Shown piece after piece: positions 8,367-16,449 of a stretch of 32,000 nucleotides of DNA; within the stretch, counting starts at the first letter, position 1; the number at the start of each line of letters is the position of its first letter. The notes under the pieces are model-generated. The model saw nothing but the letters and a program-made list of their open reading frames with translations, did no database searches and was not told the origin of the DNA. Both the position numbers and the translations under genes were made by a program. The DNA comes from Pirellula staleyi DSM 6068 (GTDB taxonomy: Bacteria; Planctomycetota; Planctomycetia; Pirellulales; Pirellulaceae). The DNA is taken from the NCBI GenBank assembly GCA_000025185.1, contig CP001848.1, positions 1,980,001 through 2,012,000 of the forward strand, in the 5' to 3' direction.

Positions 8367-8989
8367 GGGGGGACGAACCTCTGGGACAGTGCGGATGCAA
8401 ATCTCGATGGGGTGTCCGTCGGCGAATCGACGAGCACAAAACGCAAACTGACAGGAAACTGGCTGGGAGCTTTACCCAGAACTTCGACGTGAACGCTCGA
8501 TCGGCAGCCGCAACTCCGCCATAGCACTTGGGCTTCCGACTTTCCCTACGGGGTTCAAGATAACCGGCCAGCGGGGCGATGTCTGCCCGGCAGGACTTAT
8601 GGGCTCGGCGGTGTGCGACAGTCTGCACGATCTCTATCTATCACCACGATGCCCCTCTGGGTACCGGCGAAATGTGCTGCCAGGCTCACAATCTTGCGTA
8701 AACGAAGAAATCAGGGTTGCCTTAGGCTGGTTGCGTGCATTTAGATGATAGTGCATGCACAAAATGTTAATTGTCGTAGTTTTTCTTAGTCTATGTCCAC
8801 TATTCAGGTGGTGTTAATGCGTGATTGCTGTCGAATTTTTTCCACAATCTGCGAAACAGCGTCGCCCGGTATGGGTTCAATCCTAGCCGCTCGCATTCGG
8901 GCGTGAGCGTGAAGGTACATCAGACTGGGTGGTAGCAACACGTGGCCAAGCCCAGGTCGTTGGATGTAGGAAGCAGCTGAGGAAGCAAT

Positions 8990-9451
8990 TTGGTGGATGG
9001 TCAACAATTAGCGATGGCACTCCGGGGAGCCTACCTGCTGTTTCATCGCGCGAGCCAAGCGCAGCTGGTTCAAATCATCGAGCAAACCGCCGCAGATCCC
9101 GACACAGCAGATGTGACGGCCGATCAGTTGCTGCTGTTATCGGTTCTGGATAGTCAGCCCGAAGAATTGACTCAGCGTCAGCTCACCGATCAAACGTTTT
9201 CCGACGCCAGCACGATCCGCGCCATGCTGGTGCTGCTTGAGCAAAAGGGGCTGGTCTCGCGCCGTGCGGATCAGCACGATGGTCGTGCTCGACGCGTATC
9301 GCTCACCGCTGCTGGCAGGCGCGTGGTCTCCAGACTGTCGAAGCAGATGACCCCGGTCTTCAATTCGCTCGCCGAGAGCATACCCGCCGAGCATCAGGCC
9401 CCACTGGCTGCCGCACTGGCCGCCATCGCCAGCAACTTCGATCGCAAGTAG
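8990..9451 (+). CDS. MarR-family transcriptional regulator
   Basis: Winged-helix pattern LTQRQLTDQTFSDASTIRAMLVLLEQKGLVSRRADQHDGRARRVSLTAAGRRV. The start is ambiguous: TTG 8990 or GTG 8993 follow a GAGGAAG at 8976-8982, and ATG 9014 is also possible. Confidence 0.8.
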   Translation: MVDGQQLAMALRGAYLLFHRASQAQLVQIIEQTAADPDTADVTADQLLLLSVLDSQPEELTQRQLTDQTFSDASTIRAMLVLLEQKGLVSRRADQHDGRARRVSLTAAGRRVVSRLSKQMTPVFNSLAESIPAEHQAPLAAALAAIASNFDRK

Positions 9452-9457
9452 CGAATT

Positions 9458-9997
9458 CTAATAGCTCAGCTTGCCCGCTTGCCGTAAGCGATCGACCCAG
9501 AATAGTCCGGCGATCGACTTGGCATCTTCGATTTGCCCTTGCATGGCAAGTTCGAGGGCATCATCGAGAGGGAGAATTTCGTTATCGATTTCTTCCCCTT
9601 CTTCGCGGGCGGTAGCGCCGGCGGATAGCCCGGTGGCCACAAACAGGTGCATCCGCTCGTCGAGAATTCCTGGCGAGAGAAAAAAGCTCGAGAGGGGCTG
9701 CATCTTTTGGCAGCGATAGCCGGTCTCTTCGATCAACTCGCGCACCGCACACTCGTGCGGTGGTTCCGGTGGCTCGAGAGTCCCCGCAGGAAGTTCGAGC
9801 AGCACCTTGCCGACGCTCACTCGAAAATTGCGAATCATGCAGACGTGAAAATCGTCGAGCATCGGCACAATCACCACCGCACCCGGATGCCGGATCACCG
9901 CTCGCGCTTTGGTGAGTCCCTTCGGGCTGGTGACGGTCGTTTCTACTACGCGAAACTTCGGGGTGGTGAGCAGCAGCTTCTCGTCGGCGGAAGGCAT
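9458..9997 (-). CDS. NUDIX hydrolase (ADP-ribose pyrophosphatase-like)
   Basis: Nudix box GTLEPPEPPHECAVRELIEETGY (G-x5-E-x7-REUxEExGU) in a 179-aa protein. Confidence 0.85.
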   Translation of the reverse strand: MPSADEKLLLTTPKFRVVETTVTSPKGLTKARAVIRHPGAVVIVPMLDDFHVCMIRNFRVSVGKVLLELPAGTLEPPEPPHECAVRELIEETGYRCQKMQPLSSFFLSPGILDERMHLFVATGLSAGATAREEGEEIDNEILPLDDALELAMQGQIEDAKSIAGLFWVDRLRQAGKLSY

Positions 9998-10223
9998 GGT
10001 GGATCAGCTTCGTTGGAATAGGAAGAAAGGGTCGCACGATCAGCGCGCGCAGAAAGTGCGCGGCTAGGAGAATCATCGAGGGTTGCCTCAAAATTGACAA
10101 GCTCGCGCATTGCGTCGATGGAAGTGCCAGGTCTATCGAGTGGCAGTCGCCAAAGCCCGAGCAACCTTCGTTCACTCGTGCGCTCTGGATGTAATCAATC
10201 ACCAGAGGTCGAAGCATTCACTG

Positions 10224-11231
10224 CTATGTTTGCAAGTCGACCAGTGTGCGTCCACTCACATTACCTTGGAGAATCGTCTGAATGGCTGGCTCGAGCGTAT
10301 CGAGTGTCACGACGGATGTCAGTGACTCAAGGTCCGATAGTTTCCAGGGGCCTGACAGCCGCTCCCAGATCTTGAGGCGTCGATCGTAAGGGAGCAGTGC
10401 CGAAGCAATACCTGCGAGTTGAACACCGCGCAGGATGAAGGGATGAACCGACAGAGGAAGCTCGCTTCCTCCGACAAGTCCACATGCGGCAACGACGCCG
10501 TAGTTTTTCGTTTGGCGAATCACGGTGGCGAGTGTCTCGCCTCCCACGGTATCGACGACAGCTCCCCAGCGACCAGCCAGGAGCGTTCGCCCGGAACTGT
10601 CGGCCACGGCTTCGCGGGGAATGACTTCAGCAGCCCCTAGTTGTCGAAGTTTTTCAGCCTCGTGCGATTTACCTGTCATCGCGACAACGCGATAGCCGTG
10701 CGCGGCGAGCAGCTTGACGGCGATGGTGCCGACGCCGCCGGTCGCTCCCGTCACCAGCACATCACCTGCCGAAGGGGCGACGCCACCACTCTCGATCGCC
10801 AGCACGCACTGAGCTGCAGTGAACCCCGCTGTTCCGAGGATCATCGTTTCGCGTAGCGTGAGGGGCGTTGGAAGCGGAACGATCCAATCGGCCGGAACGC
10901 GAACCAACTGCGACCAGCCACCAAAACGTGGTGCGCCGAGTTCATAGCCGGTCACGATCACCGAATCGCCCGGCGCATAACGGGGATCGACAGACGACTC
11001 GACCACTCCCGCGACATCGATTCCTGGGACGTGCGGAAGTGTGCGAATGATGCCGGGGGTGGCGGTGGCTGCCAAGGCATCTTTGAAATTGAGCGAAGAG
11101 TAACGGGCGCGGATCACAACGTCGCCCGTCGGTAGATCGTTGAGCGTGAGATCGCGCACGCCACGTACGATCTGACCCGTCGCATCCTTGTCGACCCAGA
11201 ACGCTCGGAACTTGTTGTTCTCGAAGGACAT
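10224..11231 (-). CDS. YhdH/AcuI-type MDR-family NADPH-dependent oxidoreductase
   Basis: Colinear by eye with E. coli YhdH: YSSLNFKDALA, PHVPGIDVAGVV, ILGTAGFTAAQCV, VLVTGATGGVGTIAVKLL. Confidence 0.85.
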   Translation of the reverse strand: MSFENNKFRAFWVDKDATGQIVRGVRDLTLNDLPTGDVVIRARYSSLNFKDALAATATPGIIRTLPHVPGIDVAGVVESSVDPRYAPGDSVIVTGYELGAPRFGGWSQLVRVPADWIVPLPTPLTLRETMILGTAGFTAAQCVLAIESGGVAPSAGDVLVTGATGGVGTIAVKLLAAHGYRVVAMTGKSHEAEKLRQLGAAEVIPREAVADSSGRTLLAGRWGAVVDTVGGETLATVIRQTKNYGVVAACGLVGGSELPLSVHPFILRGVQLAGIASALLPYDRRLKIWERLSGPWKLSDLESLTSVVTLDTLEPAIQTILQGNVSGRTLVDLQT

Positions 11232-11678
11232 AAGGCAACTTTCAAAGGAGCTGAAGGGGACCGCTGGGACGCCGCGCGACGCCTGAAAAAGTGACTCGAC
11301 GGAGTGTCGCCCCCGATTGGCATTTGGCGTAAGTGAGCAGGGTGAACCCTGCGATAGTGGATGCAGGTGGTTGCTGCTGCTATAGTTACACGCGAGCGTT
11401 GGGTGCTAGCTGCAAGCCACTTACGTCAAGCCGCGTTCGCGGAAGCGCTGGTCCTGACTGGCAGCTGGCAATAATTTACACTACTTGGCAAGAGAGCTTA
11501 GCCCGCAGCCGACTCGAGGCTGCTGAGCGGCGAGCTTGCTGAGAAGGCTGGGACGTTTCGCCTGACCTTAAAATGTTTGCCAATTTGTTCGCCTGCCTGG
11601 GGCCACGTGTGATAAGTGTTATCGCACGCAGAGGCTTTCAGGAACGCGAAGCTAAAACTTGTTTTGGAGATTCGTACG

Positions 11679-12011
11679 ATGGCCGCCGAAGGTGTGCTCG
11701 AACTTACCGACTCGAACTTTCAGACCGAAGTGATTTCGTCGTCGCAGCCTGTGCTGGTCGACTTCTGGGCACCTTGGTGCGGCCCTTGCCGTAAGATTGC
11801 CCCGATGATCGATGAACTGGCGAGCGAGAACGCTGGCACCGCGAAAATCGGCAAGGTGAACATCGACAACAATCAGGAAGCAGCGATGCAGTATGGCATC
11901 GAAGCGATCCCGACGATCATTATCTTCCGCGACGGTCAGCCCGTGCAGCGCTTCCAAGGCATTCCCGCCAAGAGCCGCGTGCAAGAAGCGCTCGACGCCG
12001 CCAAGGCCTAA
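11679..12011 (+). CDS. trxA: Thioredoxin
   Basis: WCGPC active site in VLVDFWAPWCGPCRKIAP. The 110-aa product starts at ATG 11679, preceded by GGAGA at 11666-11670. The longer ORF from 11616 adds a non-thioredoxin leader. Confidence 0.95.
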   Translation: MAAEGVLELTDSNFQTEVISSSQPVLVDFWAPWCGPCRKIAPMIDELASENAGTAKIGKVNIDNNQEAAMQYGIEAIPTIIIFRDGQPVQRFQGIPAKSRVQEALDAAKA

Positions 12012-12094
12012 GCAAGTAATTGGCAGCTCGAAAGAATGCCCTCCATGGGCTCGATCTTGCGCTGCCTCTTCCTCGCGAGAGATCAAAACTACGA

Positions 12095-12137
12095 ACGCTC
12101 GCATCGCTCTTCCCCAAGAGTCGTGCGGGCGTTTTTT
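12095..12137 (+). terminator. Rho-independent terminator downstream of trxA
   Basis: ACGCTCGCA (12095-12103) pairs with TGCGGGCGT (12124-12132) at 8 of 9 positions. An inner CTCTT/AAGAG stem closes a CCCC loop, and the structure runs into a T6 tract (12132-12137). Confidence 0.6.
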
Positions 12138-12163
12138 GCTGCGCGAAGCGGAGAGTGCAAGTG

Positions 12164-12403
12164 CTAGTAGAAGAACACTTCGTTGCTGTCGAGTTGGATG
12201 CCGTTGTAGAGCACGATCTCGTGAATATTCTCTTTGCCATCGACAGTAATGATGACGCGAGCCTCACCCGTAGGACCAATTTCGTAAGGGTGCTTCAGAA
12301 TTAAAGAGTCGCGACCGACCTGCGCAACGGGTAAGCTGTCGCCATTCACTTCGAGGCGAATAGCAACCTGTGCCGAGTAACCAGAGTGTGACTGGAGTTC
12401 CAT
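12164..12403 (-). CDS. Small hypothetical protein (79 aa), predicted all-beta
   Basis: The ORF has ATG at 12403-12401 with GGAG 11 nt upstream on the minus strand. The track's longer 93-aa version uses a TTG. Alternating hydrophobic strands: AQVAIRLEVNG, ARVIITVDG, IHEIVLYNG. I recognise no family motif. Lies in a low-GC patch. Confidence 0.5.
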   Translation of the reverse strand: MELQSHSGYSAQVAIRLEVNGDSLPVAQVGRDSLILKHPYEIGPTGEARVIITVDGKENIHEIVLYNGIQLDSNEVFFY

Positions 12404-12947
12404 GTTGGAACATTCTCCACTTTCTAGACTCCACGAATACTGCAAAAAGCACTTCGAGTCAAATTCTCTGAGCAGTCAGCTGGGGGAGGGAACTGACGGA
12501 GCCGTGTGGCTCACTCAGCATCGAACGGCCGTGAAGGCATTCTTCAGTGAGCGACAGTTTAAAGCCGAACTCGGCTGTTTTCTGCGGCTCGAGAAGCACC
12601 AGGTCAACTCGATCTTTGGCTACGCAATCCCTCGCTTGATCGATGCCGATCAAACGCTACTGGTGATTGAAATGACGACGGTCGAGCCACCTTATCTTCT
12701 GGACTTTGGAAAGGCTTACCTCGACCTAAAACCTGAATACACATCACATCAGTGGTCCGATTTATATAACCGGGTGCGGCAGATTTACGGAGATCGTTAT
12801 GAAGAAGTGATGCGTGTCGTCACTGGCTTGCAGCAGTATGGAATCTACTACTACGACATCACCCTTAATAACGTGATGCCTGACAACTGGAATCCATCAC
12901 TCGATGAAGAGCACGATGAGATCTTGCCCGATGATTACGACAAATGA
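12402..12947 (+). CDS. Minimal protein-kinase-fold (RIO/Kdo-kinase-like) protein, 181 aa
   Basis: Glycine loop LGEGTDGAVW (G28-G33), AVK Lys45, FKAELGCF candidate alpha-C Glu, hinge-like LLVIEMT, and catalytic-loop-like YYYDITLNNVM (D152, N157). It ends in an acidic tail. GGAG at 12394-12397 precedes ATG 12402. Confidence 0.55.
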   Translation: MLEHSPLSRLHEYCKKHFESNSLSSQLGEGTDGAVWLTQHRTAVKAFFSERQFKAELGCFLRLEKHQVNSIFGYAIPRLIDADQTLLVIEMTTVEPPYLLDFGKAYLDLKPEYTSHQWSDLYNRVRQIYGDRYEEVMRVVTGLQQYGIYYYDITLNNVMPDNWNPSLDEEHDEILPDDYDK

Positions 12948-13012
12948 GCAGCTGTTTAGTGGGCAGGATGCAGTCGCCATCGTCGTCGCTGGCGACTATC
13001 CTCGCCTCTCGC

Positions 13013-14779
13013 TTAAGCCGTGTCGAGGATCTGCAGATTGGGGGCGATTTTGCCGAGCTCTTCGGCCATGAAGCGTTTGACACTGGCGGTGGTTCGCAAG
13101 GTCATCGCGCGGCGGAGAATTTGTTTGGCGATCGGTTCGCTGAGATGTGCCGCCAGTTCCTTCATCGAAGGAATGAAGGCCGGACTCATGCTGAAGCTGC
13201 GCAGTCCCATGGCAAAGAGGAGCACAAACGCGCGCGGCTGACCCGCCATCTCGCCGCAAAGGGTGAGCGGCTTTCCCGCCTTGTTGCAGGCTTTGATGAC
13301 ATTCGCGAGGACTCGCAGCACAGGTGGCGCGAGAGGCTGACAAAGGTGGCTCACCTTGGGGTTGTCGCGGTCGGCTGCCATCAGGTACTGCACTAAGTCG
13401 TTGCTGCCGATCGAAACAAAGTCGACCAGCGGCAGCATGTCGTTGATCGAAATCGCAGCGGCAGGAACTTCGAGCATCATCCCCAGTTGCACAGCCCCTT
13501 GCGCTTTGCCATCGGCCTTCAGTTGTTCCGACGCCTTATGCACCATCGCGCGCACTTTGCGCACTTCTTCGATGGTGGTGATCATCGGAAACATCAGCCT
13601 CACACGCCCTTCGCCGGGCTGAATGTCGGCGGCAGCACGCAGAATCGCGCGTAGCTGGGTAGTGAAGAACTCGGGATGTTCGAACGACAGACGAATGCTG
13701 CGCCAGCCCATGAACGGGTTGGCCTCTTGGTGCGTGTGTCCGAGGTAGGGAACGGTTTTGTCGCCACCGATATCGAGGGTGCGAATCGTGACCGTTTTCG
13801 CCGGGCTCGCCGCAATCACTTCACGATAGGCAGCCAGTTGTTCTTCTTCGTCGGGAATATCAGGATGCGTAAGGTAGATGTATTCCGTGCGGAACAGACC
13901 CACGCCCGACGCGCCCATCGCTACGGCCGCCCGCGCGTCGGCGGCACTATTAATATTGGCGAGTAGTTCGAGCGATTGGCCGTCGCTGGTGACTGCCGGT
14001 TGATCCCGATTTGCGGCGAGCTGATCTTTTAGCAGATAGAACTCGCGCTCGAGCTTGAGATAGGCGCTCCGTTGTTCCGGATCGGGATTGATCAGCACGT
14101 GTCCGCCGCGACCATCCACCACCAAGGTGTCGCCCGTTTTCACTTGCCGGAGAATGCCGCGCACACCCGAGATCGCGGGGATCCCTCGGCTGCGAGCAAT
14201 GATGGCTGCATGACTTGTTTGCGAACCTGCCTGCGTCACGATGCCACGCACTTCGAAGTCGCCGAGCGCAATGGCTTGCGACGGAAGCAACTCGTCGGCC
14301 ACCACAATCACGGGGCCAGTGAGAACATCGGTCGCTGTGTTCTTGCCTTGCGAGAGAAGATGTCCCGAGAGTCGGACGATGACGTCGCGAATGTCGGTGA
14401 CACGTTCTTTCAGATACTCGTCGTTCGTCTTGGCGAGCAGAACGGTGTAGGTTTCCATCAAGCGATGGAGTGCAGCTTGTGCAGTCAGGCGATCTTCGAC
14501 GATCCAGCCCCGCACCTTGTTGGTGAAGTGGGCATCGCGAAGAATCGTTTCGTGGGCGCCAAAGATCTTGGCTTCTTCGTGTCCGACCTGGGTGGCGACT
14601 TTATGTTCAAGCGCGCGAAGTTCGGCTGCCGCGCGATCGCGGGCAGTTTCATAGTTAGCCAGTTCGGCTGTCACCTCGTTATCTTCGAGCCGCTTGGTAT
14701 CGGGATTGACGAAGATTTCGTGGATGCAGTACGCAGTTCCGACGGCGACGCCGGGCGAGACCGGAATTCCCTTACGCAT
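13013..14779 (-). CDS. ptsI: Phosphoenolpyruvate-protein phosphotransferase (PTS Enzyme I)
   Basis: N-terminus GIPVSPGVAVGTAY, phospho-His region GSQTSHAAIIARSRGIPA, PEP-utilizer TIM-barrel motifs GLFRTEYIYL, IRTLDIGGDK, FVSIGSNDLVQY. Start placed at ATG 14779 (MRKGIPVSPG); the ORF-track start at 14845 adds 22 atypical residues. Confidence 0.9.
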   Translation of the reverse strand: MRKGIPVSPGVAVGTAYCIHEIFVNPDTKRLEDNEVTAELANYETARDRAAAELRALEHKVATQVGHEEAKIFGAHETILRDAHFTNKVRGWIVEDRLTAQAALHRLMETYTVLLAKTNDEYLKERVTDIRDVIVRLSGHLLSQGKNTATDVLTGPVIVVADELLPSQAIALGDFEVRGIVTQAGSQTSHAAIIARSRGIPAISGVRGILRQVKTGDTLVVDGRGGHVLINPDPEQRSAYLKLEREFYLLKDQLAANRDQPAVTSDGQSLELLANINSAADARAAVAMGASGVGLFRTEYIYLTHPDIPDEEEQLAAYREVIAASPAKTVTIRTLDIGGDKTVPYLGHTHQEANPFMGWRSIRLSFEHPEFFTTQLRAILRAAADIQPGEGRVRLMFPMITTIEEVRKVRAMVHKASEQLKADGKAQGAVQLGMMLEVPAAAISINDMLPLVDFVSIGSNDLVQYLMAADRDNPKVSHLCQPLAPPVLRVLANVIKACNKAGKPLTLCGEMAGQPRAFVLLFAMGLRSFSMSPAFIPSMKELAAHLSEPIAKQILRRAMTLRTTASVKRFMAEELGKIAPNLQILDTA

Positions 14780-15362
14780 AGATCGGAAGTCTAGCAGCAG
14801 AAATCGGCTTAGGCAAACGTCCCAGCCGCGTGCGGCCGTGCGCAAACTTATGCATTATCTGGCCTTAGGTGAGTTGTGGCGTATTCGACAAGAACTGCTA
14901 GCAAACCGGAAGCTAGTGCAATTGCACGGAAGAATCCTTGCAAGGTAGGCATTCGGGGCCGATTTTTCCGCACGGAGTCGGCCACTTCCGCCGATAGTTG
15001 TGACAATTGATGGCCGCCGCTATATTCAGCCACCTGCGGGAGTAGATGCGCTTGTAAAAGGGAAATGACCTTCCCCTGTTTGCTTGTTTTATCTATTTTG
15101 GTGCGATGAAGGGTGCAATGAGCGGCTGAAGTGTAGCCGAGTTGTGCTCCCACATCGGTGGCCGATTGCGGACTGCCTAAGCAAACGATTCAATCAGCAC
15201 TCTACGTGCTGGGCGAGGGGCGTTCTTGGGATTTGCTGTAAGTGATTTGCTGGTAATGGTTTGTGTGGTTGCTTGGTCTTGGTGTCGCACGAGCATGAAG
15301 CAGTGGCGACGGGCATGCCTGTCCTGGCGGATCGTCGACGATTGCCTTGGTGAGAGTGGTGT

Positions 15363-15845
15363 ATGCGATTTAAATTGCTCGATCGAATCATCAAGTTAGA
15401 GCCTGGTCAGCGGATTGTGGCTTGCAAGCTACTCGATCCCGACACGGATTACTTGAAGGACCACTTTCCTCGGTTCCCGGTGATGCCTGGAGTGCTGATG
15501 CTTGAAGCGATGTATCAAGCTTCGGCTTGGCTGATCCGCTATACCGATAATTTCGAACACTCTGTGGTGCTTCTGAAGGAAGCCCGCAACGTTAAGTATT
15601 ATGACTTTGTTGCTCCCGGTAACGAACTGGAAGTGACAGCGGAGATCACGAAGCAAGAGGGGCTGGTAACAACCCTGAAGACTCAAGGGACGATCGGCGG
15701 CAAAATGGCCGTCAATGGTCGCTTGGTGCTCGAAGCGAGTACGCTTGGGGCTCAGTCGCCTGCTCGCAGTGGTTCCGATCCGTTTTTGAAGCAAGCGATG
15801 CGACATCAGTTTGCCCTCCTGGCAGCTGCTGGTGAAGCAACCTAA
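15363..15845 (+). CDS. FabZ-like 3-hydroxyacyl-ACP dehydratase (hotdog fold) with catalytic His and Glu present
   Basis: FKLLDRII N-terminal motif and KDHFPRFPVMPGVLMLEAMYQ (His34, Glu48), matching the FabZ HFPxxPVMPGVL..EA..Q pattern. Confidence 0.8.
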   Translation: MRFKLLDRIIKLEPGQRIVACKLLDPDTDYLKDHFPRFPVMPGVLMLEAMYQASAWLIRYTDNFEHSVVLLKEARNVKYYDFVAPGNELEVTAEITKQEGLVTTLKTQGTIGGKMAVNGRLVLEASTLGAQSPARSGSDPFLKQAMRHQFALLAAAGEAT

Positions 15846-15943
15846 GTGTTGCCCATTCCAGGGGTTGACCATCGAAGTTTTGTGGCCTGTGATGCTCGCG
15901 AGTGCATCCAATTTTTGATACCGACTTTGGAGATTTAGCGACA

Positions 15944-16336
15944 ATGGCTCCCACGAAAGATGAGGTTTTCTCGAAGGTTCAAGCGGCTCTCGTCGATGCG
16001 CTTGGTGTTGACGAAGAAGAGGTAACGCCAGAAGCCACGATGGTGGGAGACCTGGGTGCTGAGTCGATCGACTTCCTCGATATCGTGTTCAAGCTCGAAA
16101 AAGCTTTCGGCATCGAAATCCCTCGCAAAGAACTCGCTCCCGAGGATATCCTCACTTCGGCCGAGTTTGTCCAAGAGGGCAAAGTGACCGCCGCCGGTAT
16201 CGCCGAACTCAAGAAGCGGATGCCGTTTGTGAACTTCACCAAGTTCGAAGCCAATCCTGCCGTTCGCGAATTCAGCAACCTGCTGACCGTGGGCGATTTG
16301 TGCCGCTATATCGAAAGCAAAATCGGCGCCGCCTAA
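15944..16336 (+). CDS. Acyl carrier protein with a ~45-aa insertion (130 aa)
   Basis: GDLGAESIDFLDIVFKLEKAFGIEIP is the ACP helix II with the phosphopantetheine Ser41 (tcg 16064-16066). LTVGDLCRYIESKI matches helix IV. ATG 15944 follows GGAG at 15929-15932. Confidence 0.8.
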   Translation: MAPTKDEVFSKVQAALVDALGVDEEEVTPEATMVGDLGAESIDFLDIVFKLEKAFGIEIPRKELAPEDILTSAEFVQEGKVTAAGIAELKKRMPFVNFTKFEANPAVREFSNLLTVGDLCRYIESKIGAA

Positions 16337-16449
16337 GGCCGCCCACCTTCACGCCTCCACTCGCACGTCGATCGCCGCCAGGCTAAGTGTCATTGCCTGG
16401 CGGTGGATACTCTCCTTCGTGCGGGAACATCCGTACCCCACTTCCGCCC

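Noticed and set aside
7967-8628. 186-aa and 203-aa minus-strand ORFs overlapping the 5' part of moxR and extending upstream.
   Set aside because: They are off-frame relative to the well-supported MoxR frame. Their composition is Arg/Ser/Pro/Cys-rich, with no motifs or ribosome-binding site.
8863-8903. GGGTTCAATCC string (8873-8883), resembling a tRNA T-loop, inside a CGCCCG...CGGGCG hairpin. Considered as a tRNA or tRNA-fragment att site.
   Set aside because: The 5 nt on either side of the putative T-loop do not pair (ATGGG against CTAGC). No acceptor or anticodon arms can be built on either strand.
11232-11678. TGGCA-containing strings (TGGCAGCTGGCAATAATTTACA, TTGGCAAGAGAGCTTAGC) and a GATAA-GTG-TTATC palindrome upstream of trxA. 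Considered as sigma-54 or operator sites.
   Set aside because: The -12 elements are missing or mis-spaced, and the palindrome has only 5-bp arms, which is at chance level.
13020-14794. Plus-strand ORFs antisense to ptsI (e.g. the 240-aa ORF at 14072-14794).
   Set aside because: They lie completely inside the strongly supported ptsI frame and have no recognisable motifs.
14848-15153. 101-aa minus-strand ORF upstream of ptsI. Checked as a possible HPr (ptsH).
   Set aside because: It has no HPr signature (no GLHARPA-type phospho-His region). Its composition is non-protein-like and it has no RBS.
15252-15263. The 12-mer GGTAATGGTTTG is repeated at 15252-15263 and 30905-30916.
   Set aside because: Dozens of identical 12-mer pairs are expected by chance in 32 kb, and the flanks do not extend the match.
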